NCBI GenBank assembly: GCA_963743865.1
Contig: CAVURG010000006.1
Span: 163,188 to 227,187 of the forward strand
Origin: an uncultured delta proteobacterium
GTDB lineage: Bacteria > Desulfobacterota > Binatia > Binatales > Binataceae
Length of the DNA: 64,000 nucleotides
Direction of reading: 5' to 3'
Below, piece by piece: positions 39,798 through 50,230 of the stretch. The notes under the pieces were generated by a model. That model was not told the DNA's origin. It worked only from the letters and a program-made list of their open reading frames with translations, and made no database searches. How positions within the stretch are numbered: position 1 is the stretch's first letter; every line of letters starts with the position of its first letter. Position numbers and translations under genes: made by a program.

Positions 39798-40832
39798 ATG
39801 AAGAGAGTCCTGGTCACTGGCGCCGGTGGTTTCATCGGTCACCATCTGGTGAGTTATCTAAAGAAAAAGGGCGAATGGGTGCGCGGCGCGGATCTGAAAT
39901 ACCCCGAATATGAGGCGAGCGCGGCCGACGACTTTGCACTGCTAGACCTGCGCCGGTGGGAAAACTGCCTCAAGGCGACCGACGGAATCGACGAGGTCTA
40001 TGCTCTGGCCGCCGACATGGGAGGAATGGGTTTCATTTCGGCGCATCACGCCGAGATTCTCCGCAACAATTCGTTGATTAACATTCACACGATTGACGCG
40101 GCGCGCGAGAATGGCGCCAAGCGCTACCTCTACACCTCCTCGGCCTGCGTTTACCCGGAGTACAGGCAGACCGACCCGAATGTCACACCGCTCAAGGAAG
40201 AAGACGCCTACCCGGCGCAGCCGCAGGACGCCTACGGCTGGGAGAAGCTCGTAACCGAGCACCTGTGCACGCACTATCGGGAAGATTACGGACTCGAGAC
40301 GCGCATCGTGCGCTTCCACAACATCTTCGGCCCGCTGGGCACCTGGGACGGTGGTCGCGAGAAGGCGCCCGCCGCGTTGTGTCGCAAGGTGTCGCTCGCC
40401 AGGCTTTACGGCCGATCCGAGATCGAGATCTGGGGCGACGGCGAGCAGACGCGCTCGTTCTGTTACATCGACGATTGCGTGGAAGGCATCTACCGGTTGA
40501 TGCGCTCGGATTACCGGGAGCCGCTCAACCTTGGACAGGATCGACTCGTGACTATTAACCAACTCGCCGATATTGTCGCTGCGGCGGCAGGGGTCAGCAT
40601 AACGAAGAAGCACGTAGCAGGCCCACAAGGCGTGCGCGGCCGCAATTCTGACAACACGCGGCTGCGCGAAGTCCTTCATTGGGAGCCCGAGATAAGCCTG
40701 GAAGAAGGTCTCAGGCGCACCTATCTCTGGATCGATCAGCAGGTGCGCGCGGCCGATCGTCGGGTCGCGTCCGGGTCATCCGGCACACTGGAGAATCCAT
40801 CGAGCGCGGTGCGCCGCGGCCCCGCATCGTAG
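39798..40832 (+). CDS. GDP-mannose 3',5'-epimerase-like extended SDR
   Basis: GAGGFIG, LAADMGGMGFI, SSACVYPEYRQ, AYPAQPQDAYGWEK, RFHNIFGP.GTWDGGREKAPAALCRK, QTRSFCYIDDC, GPQGVRGRNSDN closely match known GME motifs. Confidence 0.85.
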   Translation: MKRVLVTGAGGFIGHHLVSYLKKKGEWVRGADLKYPEYEASAADDFALLDLRRWENCLKATDGIDEVYALAADMGGMGFISAHHAEILRNNSLINIHTIDAARENGAKRYLYTSSACVYPEYRQTDPNVTPLKEEDAYPAQPQDAYGWEKLVTEHLCTHYREDYGLETRIVRFHNIFGPLGTWDGGREKAPAALCRKVSLARLYGRSEIEIWGDGEQTRSFCYIDDCVEGIYRLMRSDYREPLNLGQDRLVTINQLADIVAAAAGVSITKKHVAGPQGVRGRNSDNTRLREVLHWEPEISLEEGLRRTYLWIDQQVRAADRRVASGSSGTLENPSSAVRRGPAS

Positions 40833-40925
40833 TCCTATGACAGGCGTGAAAAGCAAAGAGCTTTTTCGCCGGCGCCGCCAGAGCCGGCGCGCGATTTCCG
40901 GAACCGTTCAATTCCGGTTAGTCAA

Positions 40926-42143
40926 ACGCGAGTACTATTCTTAAACCGATCGTTCTGGCCTGACCACGAAGCTACCGGTCAATTCCTGACCGAACTTTGC
41001 GACGATCTTTCGCGGGACCACGAGGTTACAATCGTGGCGGGGCCGTCGCGTCGCCGTGGCTTTGCGGGCTTTCGTTTGTGGTCGCACGAACAACGCGGCA
41101 AGGTTTCGATCGTTCGCACCTGGGGAACGGGATTTTCAAAGTCTAAGCTGGCCGGCCGATTAGTCAATCTGGGTAGCTACTACCTATTGGCGGCAATAGT
41201 GGCATTGCGGCTGCCGCGCCCCGATGTAATAGTCGCCGAGACCGATCCTCCGCTGCTCGGCGCGCTGGCGGCGGTGCTGAAACGGCGCTGGGGATGCAGG
41301 CTGATTTACAACGTGCGGGATCTTTATCCTGATATCGCGGAAGTTACCGGCGGCGTGCGCAACCCGTTCCTGCTCGGGTTGCTGCGCCGCGCCAACGACT
41401 ACGCCTACCGGCGCGCCGACCTGATTGTGACGCTCGGCCATGATATGGCGGATCGAATCATCAACAAGGGTGTCCCGGCGGACAAGGTGGTGGTGGTTCC
41501 GGATTGGGTGGATTGCGGTCGCATCCGTCCGCTCGAGAGCAGTCCGCTGCGCCGCAACTTCGGGGAGAAGTTTGTCGTGATGTACTCGGGCAACATCGGA
41601 CTTTCGCAGCAACTAGAGGCCGTGCTCGAGGCCGCCGACCGGCTGCGCGATGACAACCGCATTCTGTTCGCGATTATCGGCGAAGGCGCGCGCAAAAAGT
41701 GGCTCGAGGAGCGGGCGCGCGCGATGGGATTGCCCAACGTGATTTTACTGCCCTATCAGCCGCTGGAGAATCTGGCCGAGTCGCTGACTGCCGCCGATCT
41801 CCATCTCATTCCGCTCGCGCCGGGTGCGGCGGGATGCCTGGTGCCGAGCAAGGTTTACGGAATCCTGGCGGCGGGCCGGCCGTTCATCGCAATGATGGAA
41901 GAGAGCGCGGAGGTCGCACAAATCGCGCGCGAAGACGCGGTCGGCTTTGTCGTGCGGCCGGGCGACGTCGATGCTCTCATCGGCGCGATCCGCGAGGCGG
42001 TTGATGCGCCGCAGCGCCTCGAGCAGATGGGGATGCGGGCGCGCCGTCTGGCAGAGCTGCGGTTCGATCGGGTCAAAGTTACCAGCCAGTTCGGCTCAGT
42101 CCTGGACAGCGTCGCGATGGAGAACCAGCGGGAGAAAAGATGA
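40926..42143 (+). CDS. GT4 glycosyltransferase, WcaI/WbuB-like
   Basis: RVLFLNRSFWPD..ATGQ.LTEL, TDPPLL, DLYPDIA, MYSGNIG, VPSKVYGILAAG. No canonical start at the expected position (ACG at 40926). Confidence 0.85.
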   Translation, partial: TRVLFLNRSFWPDHEATGQFLTELCDDLSRDHEVTIVAGPSRRRGFAGFRLWSHEQRGKVSIVRTWGTGFSKSKLAGRLVNLGSYYLLAAIVALRLPRPDVIVAETDPPLLGALAAVLKRRWGCRLIYNVRDLYPDIAEVTGGVRNPFLLGLLRRANDYAYRRADLIVTLGHDMADRIINKGVPADKVVVVPDWVDCGRIRPLESSPLRRNFGEKFVVMYSGNIGLSQQLEAVLEAADRLRDDNRILFAIIGEGARKKWLEERARAMGLPNVILLPYQPLENLAESLTAADLHLIPLAPGAAGCLVPSKVYGILAAGRPFIAMMEESAEVAQIAREDAVGFVVRPGDVDALIGAIREAVDAPQRLEQMGMRARRLAELRFDRVKVTSQFGSVLDSVAMENQREKR

Positions 42144-42502
42144 ATCGAGCGCGAAAGCCGGTCCGGATTGTGCCCAAGGGATGGGGCCGCGAGGTATGGA
42201 TCGCAAACGGCGATCTCTACTGCGGGAAGATTCTGGAAATTCGCAAGGGCAAGAAGTGCTCGCTGCACTACCACAAGCTCAAGACCGAATCGTTCTACCT
42301 GCGCAGCGGCAGGTTGATCGTGCGGATCAAGGAGTCGCCGGAAAGCGCCACGATCGAGGAGTTTGAATTGAGCGCGGGCGAATGCATGGACGTGCCGATC
42401 GGATTGGTCCATCAGATGGAAGCGATCGAGGATGCCGAGCTGTTTGAATTTTCCACCCAGCACTTTGACAGCGATTCGCATCGGCTGGTGCGCGGCGACT
42501 GA
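42140..42502 (+). CDS. cupin-domain protein (sugar isomerase-like)
   Basis: [11 protein letters not shown]...YCGKIL...CSLHYH..KTESFY...HQM...LFEFST.H; ATGA overlap. Confidence 0.75.
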   Translation: MNRARKPVRIVPKGWGREVWIANGDLYCGKILEIRKGKKCSLHYHKLKTESFYLRSGRLIVRIKESPESATIEEFELSAGECMDVPIGLVHQMEAIEDAELFEFSTQHFDSDSHRLVRGD

Positions 42503-42645
42503 ATCCGGGACCGGCGAAAATCGATCGATGCGCCTGCTCAGGCGCGGCGAAATACGCCGCGCCTTTTTTGTTTCCGGCCATAGGCTGGTTTTTGCGCACT
42601 GGCGGAAGTGGTATATTGCTGGGCGCTGCGCGGCGCGGCCTCAAG

Positions 42646-43662
42646 ATGGGAAAAGTAGCATTGATTACCGGCGTGACCGGACAGGATGGCTCCTACCTCG
42701 CCGAGTTTCTTCTGAAAAAGGGTTGCGAAGTGCATGGGATGGTGCGGCGCACTTCGAGTTTCGCCACGGGACGGATCGATCATCTGCGCAAGGGCTTCGG
42801 ACCCGATTCCGAGGGTTTGCAGTTGCACTATGGCGACCTCGGCGACGGCACCGGGCTTAGGCGAATCATCGAGCAGGTGCGTCCCGACGAGGTTTACAAT
42901 CTCGCCGCGCAATCGCACGTGCGCATCTCATTCGATCAACCCGAATACACGGCCGATGTGGTCGGGCTGGGGGCGCTGCGGCTGCTCGAGGCGCTGCGCG
43001 ATCACAACAAGCGCCGCGGCCGGGCTGCGCGGCTGTACCAGGCGGGATCGTCGGAGATGTTCGGCAAGGTGGCGGAAAGTCCGCAGCGCGAGACCACGCC
43101 GTTTCATCCGCGCAGTCCTTACGCGTGCGCCAAGCTCTATGCGCACTGGCAGACGATTAATTATCGCGAAGCCTACGGGCTGTTCGCGTGCAACGGAATC
43201 CTGTTCAACCACGAGTCGCCGAGGCGCGGCGAAAATTTCGTCACCCGCAAGATCACGCGCAGCGCGACGCGAATCAAACTGGGCCTCCAGGAGAAGCTCG
43301 CACTGGGAAACCTGGACGCGCACCGCGACTGGGGATTCGCCGGCGACTACGTCGAGGCTATGTGGCTGATGCTGCAGCAGGAGCAGCCCGACGACTACGT
43401 AATCGCCACCGGCGAGACTCATTCGGTGCAGGAGTTTCTCGAAGTCGTGTTCGATCGCCTGAAAATGAAATGGCAGGATCACGTCGAGATCGATCAGCGA
43501 TTCTTCCGTCCCGCGGAAGTCGATCTGTTGATCGGTGACGCTTCAAAGGCGAAGCGCCAACTCGGTTGGGAACCCAAAGTTAAGTTCGAAAAGCTCGCCG
43601 AATTGATGGTCGAAGCGGATCTTGAACTTGCCGAACGCGAACTGCGCGGCAAGGCGCATTAG
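42646..43662 (+). CDS. gmd: GDP-mannose 4,6-dehydratase
   Basis: [69 protein letters not shown]. Confidence 0.97.
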   Translation: MGKVALITGVTGQDGSYLAEFLLKKGCEVHGMVRRTSSFATGRIDHLRKGFGPDSEGLQLHYGDLGDGTGLRRIIEQVRPDEVYNLAAQSHVRISFDQPEYTADVVGLGALRLLEALRDHNKRRGRAARLYQAGSSEMFGKVAESPQRETTPFHPRSPYACAKLYAHWQTINYREAYGLFACNGILFNHESPRRGENFVTRKITRSATRIKLGLQEKLALGNLDAHRDWGFAGDYVEAMWLMLQQEQPDDYVIATGETHSVQEFLEVVFDRLKMKWQDHVEIDQRFFRPAEVDLLIGDASKAKRQLGWEPKVKFEKLAELMVEADLELAERELRGKAH

Positions 43663-43685
43663 CAAATCCTGTTACGCAAGTAACC

Positions 43686-43718
43686 TGACCGACTGACCGC
43701 ATAGCGGTCAGTCGGTCA
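43686..43718. terminator. hairpin closing the polysaccharide operon
   Basis: TGACCGACTGACCGC-ata-GCGGTCAGTCGGTCA, 15-bp perfect stem; no clear U-tract. Confidence 0.55.
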
Positions 43719-43829
43719 AATCGCTTCATGTGAATTGCCCTGCTCGCAGCGGGGTGCTTACGATACATGGTCGATCATTCATTCGATCATCCATTCGATC
43801 ATCGATCGTACCTCATCGAAGGAACAGAG

Positions 43830-44432
43830 ATGCCACAAAAAGCTTATCCCGCGCGGACGACATTTCGGACGAGCGCGTCGCGCTCGCGCCATTCGGTGGT
43901 GCTTTCCGATTCGATTCTGGATATCGCCACCGTCGAGCCGATTCAATTCATCGACCTCACGGATTACCTCAGCGAGCATCTGGCGATGAACGCGGTCGAG
44001 AGCGGTACGGTGACTGTGTTCTCACGGCACACGACGGCGGCGATCAAGATCAATGAAGCGGAAGAGCTGCTGATCGAGGACTTCAAGAAGATGCTGCGCG
44101 AGCTGATCCCCTCGGAGCGCGGCTACAACCATAATGACATGAGCCGTCGCAAGCCGCCGATAGCTCCCGACGAGCGCCCCAACGCGCATTCGCATTTGAT
44201 GCATCTGCTGCTTTCGACCAGCGAGACGATTCCGGTGATCGACGGCCGGCTGGCGCTCGGCACCTGGCAGCGCGTGTTCATGGTCGAGCTCGATGGACCC
44301 CGCGAGCGCCAGGTGATGATCCGATGCGAGGCGTATCATCCGCACGAAAAGGCGGAGGCCGTGGAACTGCACGCGGTTGACGGCGGCAACGGGCGCAACG
44401 GCTTGACGCACCATCGCGCGCACCTCAAGTAA
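43830..44432 (+). CDS. yjbQ: YjbQ/UPF0047-family protein
   Basis: FSRHTTAAIKINE, YNHN, NAHSH, LALGTWQRVFMVELDGPRER. Confidence 0.9.
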   Translation: MPQKAYPARTTFRTSASRSRHSVVLSDSILDIATVEPIQFIDLTDYLSEHLAMNAVESGTVTVFSRHTTAAIKINEAEELLIEDFKKMLRELIPSERGYNHNDMSRRKPPIAPDERPNAHSHLMHLLLSTSETIPVIDGRLALGTWQRVFMVELDGPRERQVMIRCEAYHPHEKAEAVELHAVDGGNGRNGLTHHRAHLK

Positions 44433-44456
44433 TTCCGCAATTGCTCAAATGGACGG

Positions 44457-47400
44457 CTAGCCGGCGGCGCGCTTGACGGCGGCGGCTTCGAATTCGCGCT
44501 CGAGCCGCTCGATATCGGCGGGTGAGAGGCTGAAATATCTCGCCTCAGGATGATGGAAGACGACGGCGCTGACCGGCGCTTTCCGGGTCCATCATGAAAC
44601 CCTCGGTCAGTTGCACGCCGATCGCTTCTTCTCGACTTCGAGCAGGCGGAAGAGCTGCTCCTGATCCTCGAGACGCGGGCAGGCGGGATAACCGAACGAG
44701 AAGCGCTTGCCGCGATAGTGCGCCTGAACGAGATCCTTCAGCGTGAGTCCCGGCGGATCGCCGATTCCCCACATCTGGCGAATCTTCTCGTGCAGCAGCT
44801 CGGCGAACGCCTCGGCGCCCTCGAGCGCGAGCACCTGCAGGATGTGCGAGCGCAGATAGTCGCCCTTGTTCTTCCATTCCTCGGCGAGCGCGCGCACGCC
44901 CGGCGCCGATGGTGGTGACAAACATGCACACATAATCGGTGCGGCCGCGAATCGCGCGCGGCGACGTAATCGGCCAGACACAGATGCGGCGCGTCGCTCT
45001 GGCGGCCGAAAGTGAACGTCTCGAGCACCGTTTTGCCGTCCGGCGAGTAGATCATGACCGTGCGCTCGCCGTCGGATTGCGCGGGGAAAAATCTGTAAAC
45101 GGCGTTGGCCGAGATGTCCCCGCGCGCAAGAATCTGCTCGGCGACTTCCTCGACCGCGATCGCGCAGTTCCCGCGCCTTGGAGTCGCCGGCCGTCGAACG
45201 CCTCGTCAAAGTTCTTGAAAGCCGAGATGCTTGGCGTAAAGCATCTTCGGATTGATGTACTCGAAAATCTCGCCGAGATCGTAATTGCGGATCACGTGAG
45301 TCTTGAGATCGGGCGGAACCGGAATCTCGACGTCCCGGCGCACCGATGAAGTGCGCGGCGCCGCGTCCGCGCTCGCGTCGGCGACCTTCGGCGGCGGTCT
45401 CGAGCATCTTCGCGGACTGCTCGGCAAGCACGCGCTGAGCGATTCGCGCCGCTTCGAAGTCCATGATCTGATTGGCGAGGTCGAGTCCGTTCATCGCGTC
45501 GTTGGCGTACGCGACCAGGCCGTCGTACTCGGGCGCGATCTTCATCCGCGTGAAGCGATTCGACAGCGCGGCGCCGCCGACCAGGATCGGGCAGTCGATC
45601 CCGCGGCCTTCAAGTCCTGCGCCGTCGACCACCATCATCTGCGCCGACTTCACCAGCAGCCCGGACAGACCGATCGCGTCGGGGCGATGCTCGCGGATAG
45701 GCCTTGATCAGCTCCTCGGGCGGCACCTTGATGCCGAGGTTGATGATCCGGTAGCCGTTGTTGCTGAGGATGATGTCGACCAGGTTCTTGCCGATGTCGT
45801 GCACGTCGCCCTTGACCGTCGCGAGCATGATCTTGCCCTTGGTCGCGCTCTCGGCCTTCTCCATGTGCGGCTCGAGGTGCGCGACCGCCGCCTTCATCGC
45901 TTCGGCCGATTGCAGCACCTCGGCGACGATCATCTCGTTGGCGTTGAACAGGCGGCCGACCTCGTCCATGCCGTCCATCAACGGGCCGTTGATGATTTCG
46001 AGCGGTCCGCGCGCCGCAGCGCCTCGTCGAGGTCGTCGAACAGGCCGTCCTTCGAACCTTCGAGGATGTAGCAGCGCCAGCCGATCGTCGAGCGGCATCG
46101 ACTTGCGCTGCTCGACCGTCACGGTGCTTTTGCGCGCGCGGAAATGCGCGGCAAATGCGGCGATCGGATCGTCGCCGCGCCACCAGATCAGATCCTCGGC
46201 GAGCCGGCGCTCCTCTTCGGGAATCGACGGATAGCGTTCGCAGCTTCTCCGAGTTGACGATCGCCATGTCGAGGCCCGGCCTGCACGCAGTGGTAGAGGA
46301 ACACCGAGTTCAGCACTTCGCGGCCCGCCTCCGGCAGACCGAAGGAGACGTTGGAGATGCCGAGGAGCGTCTTGCAATTCGGCAGCGCGCTGCTTGATCA
46401 GCGCGGATGCCCTCGATCGTCTCGACGCCGGCGCCGATGTAGTTCTTGTCGCCGGTGCCGACCGGGAAACACCAGCGCGTCGAAGATGATGTCTTCGGGC
46501 TCGACGCCGTACTTTCCGGTCAGCAGCTCGAACGAGCGCTGCGCGATCTGCAGCTTGCGCTCGCGCGTGATCGCTTGCGCCTGCTGCTTGTCGTCGTCGA
46601 TGCAGCCGACCACCAGCGCCGCGCCGTAGCGGCGCGCCAGCGGCACGACCTTGCTGGAAGCGCTCCTCGCCGTCCTCGAGATTGATCGAGTTGATGATCG
46701 ACTTGCCCTGCGTGCGCTTGAGCGCCTCTTCGATCACCGCGACGTCGGTCGAGTCGATCATCAGCGGCACTTTGACTTTCTTGACCACGATTTCGAGGAA
46801 AGCGGTGACGTCGGCGATCTCGTTGCGATCGGGATCCTGCAGGCAGACGTCGAGCACGTGCGCGCCCTGCGCACCTGCACGCGCCCGACTTCGGCAGCCT
46901 CCTCGAACTTGCCGTCGGCGATCAGCTGCTTGAACTTGCGGCTGCCGAGCACGTTGGTGCGCTCGCCGACGATCACCGGCCGCGTGTCCTTGTCGATGAC
47001 CAGCGTCTCGATTCCGGAGACCACCGAGCGCCGGACGGTCGAGCGCTGTCGCGGACGCTTGCCTGCCACCGCTTCGACCAGCAGCCGGATGTGTTCCGGC
47101 GTCGTGCCGCAGCATCCGCCGACCAGGTTGACCCATCCGTTGTCGGCAAAGCGCGCGACTTTCCTGCGCCAGCATCGCCGGCGTCTCGTTGTAATGCCCT
47201 TCTTCGTCGGGCAGGCCCGCGTTGGGCACGCACGCGACGAAGAAGCGCGAGATGCTCCGCCAGCGTGCGCAGATGGTCGGTCATGAAGTCGGGACCGGTG
47301 GCGCAGTTCAGGCCCATCCAGAGCAGGTCGCGATGCGCGAGCGAGATGTAGAATGCCTCGATATCCTGGCCCGCGAGCAGCGTGCCCATCGTCTCGATCG

Positions 47401-48002
47401 TTCCCGAGACCGCGACCGCGACGCGCGACGCCGAGTTTTTCGATCGCAGCGCTCGATGCCGACCAGGCCGGCCTTGACGTTGAGCGTGTCGTTGACGGTT
47501 TCGAGCAGCAGGACGTCGACGCCGCCCTCGATCAAGCCTTCGGCCTGCACCTGGTATGCCGTCGCGCATCTGATCGAACGTGATGCCGCCGGTGACCGAG
47601 ATGGTCTTGGTCGTCGGGCCCATCGAGCCCGCCACGAAGCGCGGCTTGTCCGCGGTGCTGAAGCGTGCGGCTTGCTCGCGGGCGAGAATCGCGGCGAGGC
47701 GGTTGAGCTCGTGCGCGTCGTGTTCGAGACCGTATTCGGCGAGCACGATGGAGCTGGCCTGGAAGCTCGCGGTCTCGATTATGTCGGCGCCGACTTCGAG
47801 AAACCCGTCATGCATCCGGCGAATCAGCTCCGGGCGGGTGCGGACGACGTTTTCGTTGCAGCCTTCGTATCGAGCGCCGCCGATAATCGGCGGCGCTCAG
47901 ATTCTGGCCGAGCACGAAGGTGCCGAATGCGCCGTCCAGAACGAGGATACGTTCGGCGAGCAATTCCTTGAGCAGCTTGATCCTGTGCGCATCGGTGGTC
48001 AT
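44457..48002 (-). CDS. metH: cobalamin-dependent methionine synthase; at least 10 small indels
   Basis: Fragments in order: [131 protein letters not shown]. Confidence 0.92.
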
Positions 48003-48125
48003 TGTTGGATGCTCGCATAAGATGCGGGCGGTAACGAACTAAGTTATCCTAGCGATGGAAACCACGCAATTTTGCCCAATGCGCCTGCGTCCGCGCGGCG
48101 CAAGCGCCGCAAACGGCCTCGCTCG

Positions 48126-49046
48126 ATGAGCACAAACTCGCAATCGCAACGGCAGGGGCGTCTGGTGCTGGTGACCGGCGGCGCGGGCTTTATCGGATCG
48201 CATCTCGTGGACGCGCTGGTCGCCGCCGGAATGCGAGTGCGAGTGATCGACAACTTCGCCACCGGCCGGCCCGAGTATGTGAACCGCGCGGCCGCGCTCG
48301 TCGAAGCCGATATCCGCGACGCGTCCTCGATCGGCGATGCGTTCGACGGTGTCGATACGGTGTTCCACGTCGCCGCGCTGCCGCGCATCCCGCTTTCGAT
48401 CGCGAAGCCGGTCGAAACGCACATGACCAACGTGGTCGGGACGCTGAACGTTCTGATCGCGGCGCGCGATCGGAAAGTTCGGCGGGTGGTGTACTCGGGA
48501 TCGTCATCGGTGTACGGCGAGCAGGCGAAGATGCCGCTGGTCGAGACGATGACGCCGAATCCGCTCAATCCATACGCGCTGCAGAAGTATGTCGGCGAGC
48601 AGTACGCGCGGATGTTTCATCGGTTGTTCGCGATGCAGACGATTACGCTGCGCTACTTCGGCGTGTACGGTGCGCGAATGCCTGACGAGGGATCCTACGT
48701 GTTGGCAATCGCGGCGTTCCTGAAGGCGCGGCGCGAGGGGCGCGCGCTGGAAATTCACGGCGACGGCGAACAGACGCGGGATTTTACGCACGTCAGCGAC
48801 GTGGTGTCGGCGAACATCCTCGCGATGGACTGCGAAATTGCCGACGGGCGGGCGATAAACATCGGGCGCGGCGAGAACGTCAGTGTGAACCGGATTGCGG
48901 CGATGATCGGGGGACCGACCATCCACCGCGAAGCGCGCGCGGGCGACATGCGCGATACGCTCGCGGATCGCACCCAAGCCGAGCGGATTCTTGGATGGCG
49001 TCCCCGCGTGTCGATCGAGGACGGGATCGCGGATTTGCTGAAGTGA
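48126..49046 (+). CDS. NAD-dependent nucleotide-sugar epimerase (UDP-Glc/GlcNAc 4-epimerase-like SDR)
   Basis: LVTGGAGFIGSHLV, NVVGTLNVL, SSSVYG, YALQK, GDGEQTRDFTHV. Confidence 0.88.
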   Translation: MSTNSQSQRQGRLVLVTGGAGFIGSHLVDALVAAGMRVRVIDNFATGRPEYVNRAAALVEADIRDASSIGDAFDGVDTVFHVAALPRIPLSIAKPVETHMTNVVGTLNVLIAARDRKVRRVVYSGSSSVYGEQAKMPLVETMTPNPLNPYALQKYVGEQYARMFHRLFAMQTITLRYFGVYGARMPDEGSYVLAIAAFLKARREGRALEIHGDGEQTRDFTHVSDVVSANILAMDCEIADGRAINIGRGENVSVNRIAAMIGGPTIHREARAGDMRDTLADRTQAERILGWRPRVSIEDGIADLLK

Positions 49047-49112
49047 TATCGCACAGCGCCGATCGGAAATCCGGCCGGCGCTGTGCGCATGGCGCGATTG
49101 AACGGCGCGCGT

Positions 49113-50199
49113 TCAGTCGAACATCAGCACCGTGCGCGCGACTTCTCCGGCCTTCATCGCGCGGAACGCCTCGTTGACGTCCTCGAGTTTGCCGCGGCGC
49201 GTGATCATGTCGTCGAGGTCGAGCCGCCCTTGCTGATAGAACTCGATGATGCGCGGCATGTCGATGCGGAAGCGGTTCGATCCCATGAAGCATCCCTGGA
49301 TGCGCTTCTCGAACAGGAACGAGAAACCGTCCACTTCGACTTTCTGCCCGAGCGGCACCATCCCGACAATCGTGGCGACGCCGCCAACGCCGATCGATTC
49401 ATAAGCCTGCTCGGCTGCCGTCTTGAGTCCGATCGCTTCGAACGAGTAATCGACGCCGCCGCCGGTGAGCGAGCGAATCTGGCTGACCGCATCGCCCTTT
49501 GACGCATCGACGGCGTGAGTCGCGCCGAGCTTTTTGGCCAGTTCGAGCTTGGCGGGGAACTTGTCCACCGCGATGATCATTCGCGCGCCCGCGATTCGCG
49601 CACCCTGGATGATCGCGAGGCCGACTCCGCCCGCGCCGAACACGGCGACGGTCGATCCCGGCGCGACTTTCGCGGTGTTAAGCGCGGCGCCGACACCGGT
49701 CATCACGCCGCATCCGATCAGCGCGGCGCGATCGAAGCGGCACATCGTTGGGAATCTTCACCAGTGCATTTTCGTGCACCAGCATCTTTTCGGCGTATCC
49801 CGACAGGTCGGCGAACTGACTGACCGGCTTGCCGTTCTGCGAGAGGCGCGGCGGGTCGCTGGCGGCGCGCTGGGTGGCCTCCTTGTTAGAGCAGAGGTTC
49901 GGACGGCCGGACATGCATTCCTCGCAGTAGCCGCAAAAGACCGACAGGCAGGCGATCACGTGGTCACCGGGCGTGAGGTACGAGACCTGCGAGCCGACTT
50001 TCTCGACGACGCCGGCGGCCTCGTGGCCGAGGATCGCGGGCGTCGCCCAAAAGTACAGCCCGTCCACGAAATGAAGATCGCTATGGCATACGCCGCTGGC
50101 GACCGTGCGCACGACGACCTCGCGCGCTTTGGGTTCGTCGATATCGACCTGCTCGATCGTGAGTGGCTGACCGGGACCGTGGAAGACAGCAGCTTTCAT
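49113..50199 (-). CDS. Zn-dependent alcohol dehydrogenase (class III-like MDR); frameshift ~49737
   Basis: GVCHSD, ILGHEAAG, CGYCEEC..GRPNLC; after a 1-bp correction DRAALIGCGVMTG, VAVFGAGGVG. Confidence 0.88.
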
Positions 50200-50230
50200 C
50201 TGGATTGCTCCTCTTTTCAGTGAATCCGCT

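Noticed and set aside
48003-48125. SAM or cobalamin riboswitch upstream of metH
   Set aside because: The region is short and lacks the conserved cores of SAM-I/II or B12 elements by eye.
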